Shown here: positions 1 to 16,760 of the stretch, one piece after another
How the letters are laid out: every line of letters begins with the position of its first letter
How positions within the stretch are numbered: position 1 is the first letter of the stretch
DNA from: the human T2T-CHM13v2.0 reference genome, Homo sapiens
Strand: one strand, 5' to 3'
DNA: 64,000 bases
Assembly (NCBI RefSeq): GCF_009914755.1
Contig: NC_060929.1
Notes under the pieces: generated by a model
Told to the model about the DNA's origin: nothing
Databases searched by the model: none
The model's input: only the letters and a program-made list of their open reading frames with translations
Made by a program: the position numbers and the translations under genes

Positions 1-792
<792 letters not shown>

Positions 793-1022
793 TGATTTTA
801 TTTTATTTTTTATTATTATTATACTTTAAGTTTTAGGGTACATGTGCACAACATGCAGGTTGGTTACATGTGTATACATGTGCCATGTTGGTATGCTGCA
901 TCCATTAACTCATCATTTAACATTAGGTATATCTCCTAATGCTATCCCTCCCCCACACCCCCACCCCACAACAGGCCCCAGTGTGTGATGTTTCCCTTCC
1001 TGTGTCCATGTGTTCTCATTGT

Positions 1023-4844
<3,822 letters not shown>

Positions 4845-4907
4845 TATGATGTTAGCTGGTGATTTTGCTTGTTAGTTGATGCAGTTTCTTCCTAGCCTTG
4901 ATGGTCT

Positions 4908-5922
4908 TTACAATTTGGCATGTTTTTGCAGTGGCTGGTACTGGTTTTTCCTTTCCATGTTTAGTGCTTCCTTCAGGAGCTCTTTTAGGGCAGCCCTGGT
5001 GGTGACAAAATCTCTCAGCATTTGCTTGTCTGTAAAGGATTTTATTTCTCCTTCACTTATGAAGCTTAGTTTGGCTGGATATGAAATTCTGGGTTGAAAA
5101 TTCTTTTCTTTAAGAATGTTGAATATTGGCCCCCACTCTCTTCTGGCTTGTAGAGTTTCTGCCAAGAGATCTGCTGTTAGTCTGATGGGCTTCCCTTTGT
5201 GGGTAACCCGACCTTCCTCTCTGGCTGCCCTTAACATTTTTTCCTTCATTTCAACTTTGGTGAATCTGACAATTATGTGTCTTGGAGTTGCACTTCTTGA
5301 GGAGTATCTTTGTAGCATTTTCTGTATTTCCTGAATTTGAATGTTGGCCTGCCTTGCTAAATTGGGGAAGTTCTCCTGGATAATACCCTGCAGAGTGTTT
5401 TCCAACTTGATTCCATTCTCCCCATCACTTTCAGGTACACCAATCAGACATAGATTTGGTCTTTTCACATAGTCCCATACTTCTTGGAGGCTTTGTTTGT
5501 TTCTGTTTATTCTTTTTTCTCTAAACTTCTCTTCTCACTTCATTTCATTCATTTGATCTTCCATCACTGATACCCTTTCTTCCAGTTGATCAAATCGGCT
5601 ACTGAGGCTTGTGCATTGGTCACGTAGTTCTCATGCCTTGGTTTTCACCTCCATCAGGTCCTTTAAGGACTTCTCTGCATTGGTTATTCTAGTTAGCCAT
5701 TCGTCTTATCGTTTTTCAAGGTTTTTAACTTCTTTGCCATGGCTTCGAACTTCCTCCTTTAGCTCAGAGTAGTTTGATTGTCTGAAGCCTTCTTCTCTCA
5801 ACTCGTCAAAGTCATTCTCCATCCAGCTTTGTTCCGTTGCTGATGAGGAGCTGCGTTCCTTTGGAGAAGGAGAGGTGCTCTGATTTTTAGTTTCCAGTTT
5901 TTCTGCTCTGTTTTTTCCCTAT
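4908..5922 (-). pseudogene. L1 ORF1p (RNA-binding chaperone), disrupted
   Basis: C-terminal 186 aa are open (KRPNL...QPLQKHAKL). The start region near 5920 reads ATAGGG rather than ATGGGG, so the 5' part is broken. Confidence 0.92.
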
Positions 5923-6496
5923 CTTTGTGGTTTTATCTACCTTTGGTCTTTGATGATGGTGACGTACACATGAGGTTTTGGTGTGGATGTCCTTTCTGTT
6001 TGTTAGTTTTCCTTCTAACAGTTAGGACCCTCAGCTTCAGGTCTGTTGGAGTTTGCTGGAGGTCCACTCCAGACCCTGTTTCCCTGGGTATCAGCAGCAG
6101 AGGCTGCAGAACAGTGGATATTGGTGAGCAGCAAATGTTGCTGCCTGATCGTTCCTCTGGAAGTTTTGTCTAAGAGGAGTACCCAGCCGTGTGAGGTGTC
6201 AGTCTGCCCCTACTGGGGGGTACCTCCCAGTTAGGCTACTGGGGGTCAGGGACCCAGTTGCGGAGGCAGTCTGTCCGTTCTCAGATCTCCAGCTGCGTGC
6301 TGGGAGAACCACTACTCTCTTCAAAGCTGTCAGACAGGGACATTTAAGTCTGCAGAGGATTCTGCTGCCTTTTGTTTGGCTATGCCCTGCCCCCAGAGGT
6401 GTAGTCTACAGAGGCAGGCAGGCCTCCTTGAGCTGTAGTGGGCTCCACCCAGTTCGAGCTTCCCAGCCGCTTTGTTTACCTACTCAAGCCTGGGCA

Positions 6497-6679
6497 ATGG
6501 CGGGAGCCCCTCCCCCAGCCTTGCTGCCGCCTTGCAGTTTGAACTCAGACTGCTGTGCTGGCAATGAGCAAGGCTCCGTGGGCATAGGACCCTCTGAGCC
6601 ATGCACGGGATATAATCTCCTGGTGTGCCATTTGCTAAGACTGTTGGAAAAGTGCAGTATTACGGTGGGAGTGACCTGA
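6497..6679 (+). pseudogene. L1 antisense ORF0 homolog (60 aa, premature stop)
   Basis: gcaATGg start; MAGAPPPALLPPCSLNSDCCAGNEQGSVGIGPSEP...VGVT-stop resembles primate L1 ORF0, antisense within the 5'UTR. Confidence 0.75.
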
Positions 6680-6949
6680 TTTTCCGGATGCCGTCTGTCA
6701 CCCCTTTCTTTGACTAGGAAAGGGAATTCCCTGACCCCTTATGCTTTCTGGGTGAGGTGATGCCTCGCCCTGCTTTGGCTCACACTCGGTGCACTGCACC
6801 CACTGTCCTGCACCCACTTTCCGACACTCCCCAGTGAGATGAACCTGGTACCTCTGTTGGAAATGCAGAAATCACCCATCTTCTGCATCGCTCACGCTGG
6901 GAGCTTTAGACTGGAGCTGTTCCTATTCAGCCATCTTGGCTCCACCAGT

Positions 6950-8679
6950 CAGTATGATTTTATACCTAGAAAACCCCATAGTCTCTGCCCAAAACCTCCT
7001 AGATCTGATAAACAACTTCAGCAAAGTTTCAGTATACAAAATCAATATTCAAAAATCGGTAGCATTTCTATGCACCAATAACATCCAAGCTGAGAACCAA
7101 ATCAAGAACACAATCCTACAATAGCCACAAAATAAATAAAATACTTAGGAATACAGCTAACCAGGGAGGTGAAAAATCTCTACAATGAGAATTACAAAAC
7201 AATGCTCAAAGAAATCGGAAATAACACAATCCAATAAAAAAAATTCAACCATCATGTGTAGGAAGAATCAATGTTGTTAAAACGGTCATATTGCCCAAAG
7301 CAATTTACGGATTCAATGCCATTCCTGTCAAACTACCAATGACATTTTCCAAAAAATTTGAAAAACCCATTTTAAAATTCATATGGAACCAAAAAAGAGC
7401 CTGAATAGCTAAGGTAATCCTCAGCAAATGAATAAAGCTAGAGGCATCGTATTATCTGACTTCAAACTATACAAGTCAACAGTAACCAAAACAGCATGAT
7501 ACAGGTACAAAAACAGACATATAGACCAATGGAACAGACTAGAGAGCCCAGAAATAATACCACCCACGTAAAATCATCTGATCTTTGACAAAGTCAACAA
7601 AGACAAGCAATGGGGAAAGGATTCCCTGTTCAATAAATGGTGCTAGGATAACTAACTAGCCAAATGCAGATTGATGCTGGACCTCTTTTTTATATCATAT
7701 ACAACAATTAACCCAAGATGAATTAAAGCCTTAAATGTAAAACCTAAAACTATACAAATGCTGGAAGATAACCAACAAAATACCATTCTGGACTTTGGTC
7801 TTGGCAAAGATTTCATGACAAAGATGCCAAAAGCAATTGCAACAAAAATAAAACATTGACAAATGGTATCTAATTAAACTAATGAGCTTTTGCACAGCAA
7901 AAGAAACTATCAATATACTAAACAGACAACCTGCAGAATGGGAGAAAATATTTGCAAACTATGCATCTGACAAAGGTCTAATATCCAGCATCTATAAGGA
8001 ACTTATACAAATTAACAAGCAAAAAACAGCCCCATCACAAAGTGAGCAAAGGACATGAACAGACATTTTTCAGAAGAAGACATACACACAACCAACAAAT
8101 ATGTAAAAATGTTCAACATCAGTAATCATTAGGCCAATGCAAATCAAAACCACAATAAGATACTATCTCACACCAGTCAGAATGGCTATGATTAAAAAGT
8201 CAAAAAATACTGTTTTTTTTTTTAATTTGCTGGCAAGGTTGCAGATAAAAGGGAACGCTTACACACTGCTTGTGAGAATGTAATTTAGTTCAGCCATTGT
8301 GGAAAGCAGTTTGGTAATTTCTCCGAGAAATTAAGTCAGAACTACCATTTAACCCAGCAACCCCATTATTGGGTTTATACCCAAAGGAATATAAATAATT
8401 CTACCATAAAGACACATGTATGCATATGTTCATCACAGCACTATTCACAATAGCAAAGACATGGACTCAACCTAAATGTCCATCAGTGGTGGACTGCATA
8501 AAGAAAATGTGCTATATATACACCATGGAATACTATGCAGCCATAAAAAATGAGATCATGTCCTTTGCAGCAACATGGTTGAAGCTGGAGGCCATTATGC
8601 TAAGTGAACAAATGTAGGAACAGAAAACCAAATGCTGCATGTTCTCACAAGTGGGAGCTAAACATTGAATATATATGGA

Positions 8680-8680
<1 letters not shown>
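6950..8680 (+). mobile_element. Old L1, 3' part of the interrupted element (ORF2 C-terminus into 3'UTR)
   Basis: [27 protein letters not shown] (ORF 6936-7124) and MFITALFTIAKTW (ORF 8420-8617). Ends abruptly in a (CA)n tract. Confidence 0.92.

Positions 8681-8731
<51 letters not shown>
8680..8731 (+). repeat. (CA)n microsatellite
   Basis: About 25 CA units with one interruption. Confidence 0.97.
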
Positions 8732-8734
<3 letters not shown>

Positions 8735-9099
8735 CCCTAACATATTTCAAACTTTTTCAGCTCTTTTCACACCTTTACCTCTCTTTCTTGTCCCCTCACC
8801 TTCAGCCAATAATACTGTCTCCAACCTTACAGGAAGATATAATTCCCAGTAGGTGAATTCTCTTATCTTTCTCATACCAACCATGCAATTAAGGGCACTT
8901 CCGCAAATCCCTTTCTGCTTATTCCCCTTCTCATGAGCTAACACTACCCGTTACCTATTTTCTCTCTGAAATAGCTGTCAGAGCCCTGTCAATTAAGTCT
9001 TTACCAATGGCTTTTAAGCATACTCAAGTCTCTTCCATCTTATCTAGAAAGTCTTCCCCAAATCCTACATGTCCTGTTCTTCTCTTCTTATAAGTTTTG

Positions 9100-10510
9100 T
9101 CTCTCTGTTCTCATTGCATCCAATTTTCCAGTCCTCACTCACTCTTCACTCCAGTCTACCTTTTTCCTCATAAAATAGCTTTCGCTAAAGTTGCCAATGA
9201 CTTCCATGTCAATAACTCCAAAGAACTGGTTTAAACCTGTTATTTGAGCAGCATTTTATATTGCTGACCATCCGATCTTTATCAAAATATATCATCCTTT
9301 CATTTTTGTAACTCTACCTATCTTTGTGATATTCTTCCATCTCCTCTGTAGGTTGATCTTCGTTCACATAGATGTGAGATTAAGTTCCTTAAAGCTTGGT
9401 TCCAGACTCTCCTTTCTTCTCACTCTTTTGTGTATCTCTAGGCAGTGGCATCTATGGCCATGATGTCATGTACCACCTGTACACTTATGATACACACGGG
9501 TGTATCTCCAGTGTGGACCTCCACTCTAGGCTCCAGACACAGACTTAAGTGTCTACTTGATGTTTCTTTTCTCCCTCTCAAAGTCACCCTAAACCAAACA
9601 TATCCAAAATTGAATTCAAAATCTGCCTTCCAAATCTGATCTGCTTCCAATGTCCCTATCCCAGTAAATGGTACCACCAACTGTCAGATAAACTTAGTAT
9701 CAACCTTACTCTTTTGTTCCCCTGGCTTTTGTTTAATCTATCACTGATTTCTTCCCTTACCTCCCAACTACATCTGATACCCCTCCACTTCCCTCCATCC
9801 TTATACCACAGCTCTAGCCAAAGCTCTATCATATCTGGCCTTGTAACTTCAGCAATTCTCTGCTGGTCTTTCCCCAGCATACCTTGGCTTCTCACCAATA
9901 CTTATGTGCCAAGCTAAAAAGAGCTGTCTAAATAACAAATATGACTTTGTCACTCAGTTATTTTCAGTGACTTTCCTTTGTTCTTGGGATTAAATATCCT
10001 TACTACCACCCCAAAGCCTTGCTTTGTCTGGCCTCTGGATGTCTCTTGGGCTTCAATTAGCATGATTACCACCCTCCACCCCCCACCCGCAGCCTCTCTC
10101 TCCTGAGGTCTCTCTGGCATTCTTTCAGTTCTCGGAATTTCAGTGCCCTGATCTGCTACAGGGTTTTGTCTCCTCTGCCCCCTGCTCCCATTCTTTACCT
10201 AGTTAATGCCTATTTACTTCTGAGCTATTCCCTCTGAGGTAATATGGCCCCAACAAGAACTAACTCTCTCATTAATTTCCTCTGGTAGCACCATGTGTCT
10301 GTCTTTGACGGTGCTTGTCAGCTCCAATTTTCTGTTTATTTCTATGAACGTTTGATTAAGTAAATGCCTCACTAAAAGGTAAATAAGCTCTATAAGGGCA
10401 GGACCTCATCTGTTTCCTTTACCACTCTATCTCCAAGACTTAGCTTAGCACCCAACATATTGCAAACACTCAAAAGAATTTTTGTTGGGTGAATGAACAA
10501 ATGAATAAAT
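9100..10510 (+). mobile_element. L2 relic
   Basis: Pyrimidine-rich L2 motifs (aatgacttccatgtc, aacatatccaaaattgaattc, gactttgtcactc) and L2-type 3' end ttgttgggtgaatgaacaaatgaat. Confidence 0.65.
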
Positions 10511-10804
10511 TGACTATTTACTATTTTGTTCTCAGGGATGTGCTGTCTCTAAAATAGTCTGAATTTGAATATTTTCGAGACTGTAAGAGATTGTTTGTCT
10601 AACATTTTATTTTTCACACTGCACCTAACATCTGTCCTTATAATAAACTAGGAGCATCTCTGTTACAGGAATCATGTTCAGTAGTTTTTTATCCATAGGA
10701 CCCAGCACAGTGCCTAAAAGATGACAGGTCTCAAAAAGTGTCTCTTGAAAGAACAGAACTGTCAATCCCAACTCAAAGATGCTGTATTGTATAAAGAGAG
10801 GCTA

Positions 10805-10984
<180 letters not shown>

Positions 10985-10994
10985 CTAACTGTGT

Positions 10995-11170
10995 AGACTG
11001 TGAAGTTAGCTTTCTGAACTCAAATTCTGGTTCTGTCACATACATGACCAGGGACAAATTACTTAGCTTCCTTAAGTCTGTATAAAATGGAGGTGATAAT
11101 ACCTACGCCTCATATGGTTACTGTGAACCTCATATGGTTTCACCGTAGGATTTGTGAGATAATCCTATGA
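10995..11170 (+). mobile_element. MIR
   Basis: tcaaattctggttctgtcac...gacaaattacttagctt...tgtataaaatggaggtgataatacctac matches the MIR core. Confidence 0.7.
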
Positions 11171-11914
11171 AACAACAGAAAACAAAGTATAGTCAACTAT
11201 AGCTCTCAGAAAAATATGATTTCTAAAGAGATCTTATTCAGACTAGAAAACTCAAAGACATGGTAACCCAAAAGCTGGAAGATCCTGTGCACAATGACAT
11301 AGAAGAGGAAAAAACTAAAAGAACATGGTGAGGCTCCCCAGGCTATAAGTTACAGCATTTCAAAAAGAATTGCATTGGGGCAGTCATGGAACTAGAGAAT
11401 GGATATTATATTCTAAGCCTTAAAAACAAACCAAAATTCTCAATCACTTTATTCCCACTAAGATTCATTACATTGCCTCTATTATTCCCTAAGCTGATCC
11501 CTGAACCACCTAAGCCAAATGAGAACTAAACAATAGCTTAATGACTGGTCTGACAGGTTCTTCTGGGACAGAAGAAAAGCAATTATAGGGGGAAAATAAC
11601 CTCAACCAACCTCCCACTTATTTAAGCAGCAGTTCAGCTATACTGCTTCTTAAAGATCTAAGATTTGTGCCTGATTGTATATATCCCTACAGGTAAAATA
11701 ATATGATCTAATGGTCCCCTGAAAGTCTGCATGAAGAATTTCAGAAACTTTGTAGATGTCTTTGATGATTGATATTGTCCTTAATGGAAAGCAGAGGCAG
11801 TGGCCTTCCTTTAATAACAATCCATAAGATTTAAGAAACGGATGGGTAACTGTTTAAAAAATAAAAACTGATCTAAGAGAAACTACATAGAACTTTCCCT
11901 GACTCTCTTGTACT

Positions 11915-12685
11915 TTATTTTTTATTTTTTTATTTTGAGATAATTGTAGATTCACATGCAGTTATAAAAAATAATACAAAATCAGTGTATCTTTTACCCA
12001 GTTTTCCCCCATGGTAATAATATCACAACCAATATATTGACATTGATATGGTCAAGATATAAAACAGTTCCATTATCAGCAGGATCTCCCATGTTGCCCC
12101 TCTAATAGCCACACCCAGTTTCCTCCTATTCCTTCCCTTCTTAATCCCTAGCAACTACTAATCTACACTAATCTGTTTTCCATTTCATAATTTTGTCATT
12201 TCAACAATGTTATATAATTTGAATCATATAGTATGCAACCCTTGGGGATTGGCTTTTTCCATTCAGCATAATTCTCTCAAGATTCATCTAGATCATTGTA
12301 TGTATCAGTAGTTTGTTTCTTTTATTGCTGAGTAGTATTCCGTGGTGTAGATGTACCACAGTTTGTTTAATCATTCACCCACTGAAGGACATCTGTGTTG
12401 CTTCCAGTTTTAGGCGATTATAAATAAGACTGCTATAAACACTTACATACAGGTTTTTCTGTGAACACAGAAGTCTTTATTTCTCTGGGATAAATGCCCA
12501 GGAGTGCATTTACTGGATAGTGTAGTACTTACATGTTTAGTTTTTTAAGAAACTGCCAAACTCTTTTCCAGAGTGCCTGTACTATTTTACATTCCCATTA
12601 TCCATGTATGAGTGGCCCAGTTTCTCCACAACCTTGCAAGCATTTGCTCTTGTCATTACTTTTTATTTAACCATTCTGCTAGGTA
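11915..12685 (-). mobile_element. L1M (L1MB/MC-like) 3' fragment
   Basis: ttttattttgagataattgtagattcacatgcag...ttcttttattgctgagtagtattcc...gaaactgccaaactcttttcc is typical old L1 3'UTR in reverse. Confidence 0.8.
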
Positions 12686-12930
12686 TCTCTGACTCTCCTT
12701 TAAAGGTAAAAGATAAGTATAAGGACTTGCCTAAAATCAGGGATAACACTAGACACTTTAATTCAGCAACTTAAATTTTGTCCTGTGTTTTTCCTAAAAT
12801 ATGATCAGCTAAATTCAGAAACTTTCACTCTTAGGCCATCAGAAAATTTTAAGAATTAAGTAAGGATGAACAACCAGTCGAGTGACCCAATTTCACCTGA
12901 AACATTCCATCAGGTACATAATGTTTCTTA

Positions 12931-14160
12931 TGACTTTTTATCTCATTTAGAACTACTATTTGTTACTGTGATTCTCTTAAGCAAATGGTTTTGCCCACAC
13001 AGAGCTATTCGCTCACTGACACAGGTTTAACTGGTTAAAGAACTCACAGATTGTTTCTCACTATTAACAGATATTATATTGTTTTACCATCAGTTATACC
13101 TTACTTCTGCTTCTATCTTTAGAACTGCAGGCTTCGGTCATTTTTAAAGTCGTTCAAGTTTAGATTGCATTGACATTAAATCAAATTATAGAGGACAAAC
13201 AACTATGTATTTTCACTGAGGTAGACACAGTAAAAAGTTCCCAGGCTTTCTCTCCTACTTTTAGATAGGTCTTTTTCAGAAGCTTCCTAACTCCCTAAGA
13301 AGTCTGAGAGTTATTACAATTTCTTTATCCCCTGCTTACATATCCCATGCCATAGAAAACCGTTTAATAGAACCTACTGTAGCAGAGGCAAAATTTCACC
13401 TCTGCTCTCTTAGAGTCCCAGGTAGACCTGATAATGAAATTGACATAAGATAGATTAATAGGAGAAAAGCACATAACTTTTACATGACACAGGAGCCCTC
13501 ATAAGGAAATGAAGACCCAAACAAGTGGCCAAACCTAAATGCTGTTATACTTGGTTGAACAAAGAGAGGCAATTGTGGAAAAGTAACTAAATTACGTGTG
13601 AAGACTAAAGGAAGATCAATAAGAATATTTTAACAAGGTCTGTGTGTACAGGATTCTTCTGGCTATGACTCCTTGTCAAAGAATGTTTCTTTTCTCTTGG
13701 TAGTAGGAGAGCAACTTTCACATGTGAGTTTTTATCTCCTGTTTTCAGGGGGAAGAAAAAGAAAATGATTAGACTGCCCTTTTTGCATCTGCTGTTATTC
13801 AAGTGCCCTTAGTTCAAACTAATCCTTATACCAAAATGGCATATTCTGGGGTGCATATTCTGCCATCCTTCAATATTAAATAACAGAACATATGCTTACC
13901 TATGTACCAGCTATTTAATTTCTGGTATATGCCAAACAGAAACGTGTATGTGCGAGCCAAAACAAATCTACAAAAATGTTTCTACCAGCATTATTTGTAA
14001 TAGTCCAAATGGAAAACAGTCCAAGTTTCCATCAACAGAAGAATGCATACCTAAACTGCCATATAGCAAACATATAGTGAAATATTATACAGCAATGAAA
14101 ATGAAACAGTAGTTTTACTGTTACAGGCAACAATATAGATGAGTATCGCAAACATTTATG
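12931..14160 (+). repeat. Left arm of a large inverted duplication
   Basis: Reverse complement aligns to 14758-16367 once the THE1 insertion is removed. 12 mismatches in the 120 nt sampled at 13021-13140. Confidence 0.95.
13378..13872 (-). mobile_element. MER34-like ERV1 solo LTR (left-arm copy)
   Basis: rc begins TGAAGGATGGCAGAATATGCACCCCAGAATATGCCATTTTGGTATAAGGATT and ends CTACA (TG...CA). Confidence 0.7.
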
Positions 14161-14275
14161 TGGAAGTTACATGGATATATTCAGTATATGAAAATTCATC
14201 ACACTGAGCAAATGATTTTTATGTTTTTTCTACATTTCTATTAAACCTAACATAATAGCTTCTACAAATATAATT
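13875..14275 (+). mobile_element. L1ME-like 3' fragment
   Basis: agcattatttgtaatagtcc...aatattatacagcaatgaaaatga...gttacatggatatattcag...aaaattcatc. Confidence 0.65.
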
Positions 14276-14757
14276 TTTAAAAACATGAGTAAAGAAACCA
14301 AAATAAGAATTATGATCATGACAATGATGATGACAGAATCTTTCCTCTGACCTCAGATAATTGTCACCAGCCTATTTTCACAAAAGTACAACCCTCCTTA
14401 TTGGGCGTTAGAATTCAGAGTCCTGGTTTTAACAAACTGTTCATATGGCTGGATATCTAGCTCTAGTCACTGGGAGACTAAGGCATTTGACCTCCTTCCA
14501 TACAATGACTAAAGGGACACAATGGGGTGTGGTTGGCAGCACCTAGGTAAGTAAATAATAATGTTCTGGGGAAAGGAGATTTTATGAAGTTTTGGTCACC
14601 TTTCTGAGAAGAGTCCATTCTTCTAGCTCTCCAAGGGAAAAAGACAGGATCCCAGTTATTATCTCCCAAATGGCAATATTATCTGACCAATTTTTGAACT
14701 TTATACAAATGGAATCAAGTCATTCAGTATGTACTCTTTTTTAATTGATTTAGTCAA

Positions 14758-16367
14758 CATTATGTTTATTATATTCATCTATATTGTTGCCTATAGCAGT
14801 AAAACTACTGTTTCATTTTCATTGCTGTATAATATTTCACTATATATTTGCTATATGGCAGTTTAGGTATGCATTCTTCTGTTGATGGAAACTTGGACTG
14901 TTTTCCATTTGGATTATTACAAATAATGCTGGTATAAAGATTTTGTAGATTTTTTTGGGCTCATGCATATATGTTTCTGTTTGGCACATACCAGAAATGA
15001 AATAGCTAGTACATAGGTAAGCATATGTTCTGTTATTTAGTAGTGAAGAATGGCAGAATATGTACCCCAGAATATGCCATTTTGGTATAAGGATTAGTTT
15101 GAACTAAGGGCACTTGAATAACAGCAGATGCAAAAAGCGCACCCTAATCTTTTCCCTTTTTTCCCTGAAAACAGGAGATAAAATCTCACATGTGAAAGTT
15201 GCTGTCTTTCTGCCAGGAGAAAAGAAACATTCTTTGATGGGGAGTCACAACTAAGAGAATTCTGTACACACAGACCTTGTTAAAATAATTCTTATTGATC
15301 TTCCTTTAGTCTTCCCACATAATTTAGTTACTTTTTCACAGTCGTCTCTCTTTGTTCAACCAAGTATAAAAGCATTTAGGTTTGGCCACTTGTTTGGGTC
15401 TTCATTTCCTTATGAGGGCTCCTGTGTTATGTAAAACTTACATGCTTTTATCCTATTAATGTGGTTTAGTGGTGTCCCCACCCAAATCTCATCTTAAACT
15501 GTAGTTCCCATAATCCCCATGTGTCATGAGAGGGACCCAGTAGGAGGTCATTGAATCATGGGTGGGGGGTTACTTCCATGCAGTTCTTATAATGGTGAGT
15601 GAGTTCTCATGAGATCTGATGGTTTTACAAAGGGCACTTCCCCTGCTTCGCTCAGCACTTCTCCTTGCTGCCACCATGTAAAGAAGGACATGTTTGCTTC
15701 CCCTTCCACCATGATTGTAGGTTTCCTGAGTCCTCCTCAGACCTTCAGAACTGTGAGTCAATTAAACCTCTTTCCTTTATACATTACCCAGTCTCAGGTA
15801 TGTCTTTATTAGCAGCATGAGAATGGACTAATGTACCTATTAATCTACCTTATGTCAATTTCACCATCAGTTCTACCTGGGACTCTATGAGAGCAGAGGT
15901 AAAGTTCTGCCTCTGCTACAATAGATTCTATTAAATGGTTTTCTATGTGATGGGATATGTAAGCAAAGGGTAAAGAAATTGTAATAACTCTCAGACTTCT
16001 TAGGGAGATAGGAAGCTTCTGAAAAAGACCTATCTAAAAGTCGGAGAGAAAGCCTGGGAACTCTTTACTGTGCCCACTCTCGGTGAAAATATATAGTTGT
16101 TTGTCCTCTATGATTTGATTTAATGTCAATGCAATCTAAACTTGAACGACTTTAAAAATGACCAAAGCCTGCAGTTGTAAAGATAGAAGCAGAAATGAGG
16201 TATAACTGATGGTAAAATAACATAATAGCCATTAATGGTGAGAAACAACCTGTGAGTTCTTTAACCAGTTAAGCCTGTGTCAGTGAGCAAACAGCTCTGC
16301 GTGGGCAAAACCATTTGCTTAAGAGAATCACAGTAACAAATAGTTCTAAATGAGATAAAAAAAGTCA
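14758..16367 (-). repeat. Right arm of the large inverted duplication (second MER34-like LTR copy at ~15044-15920)
   Basis: aagagaatcacagtaacaaatagttctaaatgagataaaaaaagtca (16321-16367) is the rc of 12931-12978 apart from small indels. Confidence 0.95.
15457..15835 (+). mobile_element. THE1 (THE1D-like) MaLR solo LTR
   Basis: taatgtggtttagtggtgtccccacccaaatctc...gagaatggactaatgta, 379 bp. 5-bp TSD cctat at 15452-15456 and 15836-15840. Absent from the left arm. Confidence 0.92.
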
Positions 16368-16549
16368 CTCTGGGAGGGTACACAGTGACTACACTCTTGG
16401 TGAGTCTCCAAGCAGGTAGATACAATTACAGTATAGAGGAAAATGTAAGATTTTTGTGAAAGGAAACTTTGATCTGATACCTTAATGCTAGAACTTTTTT
16501 GAAAAAGTAGTTAATGACTCAATTATGATGGCAGTCCATTGTCATTCTG

Positions 16550-16760
16550 TAAAAATTCATTAAGTATTCTATGTACCAGGCATTGTGTTAGATGTGATGA
16601 TATAATGGTAAACAAGAGAGACACAAAGCCTGTGCGCAAATGAGCCTACAGTTTAGCAAGGAAGACAGACAAATAAGCCCAAACAATTAAGTGTACAAAT
16701 GGGAGCACATGGGGAAAATACCAAATGAGCCTATAGCAGGAATTAGGGAAGTATGTTCCA
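16550..16760 (-). mobile_element. L2 3' fragment
   Basis: ttcattaagtattctatgtaccaggcattgtgttagatg...aaacaagagagacacaaagcctg. Confidence 0.6.
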
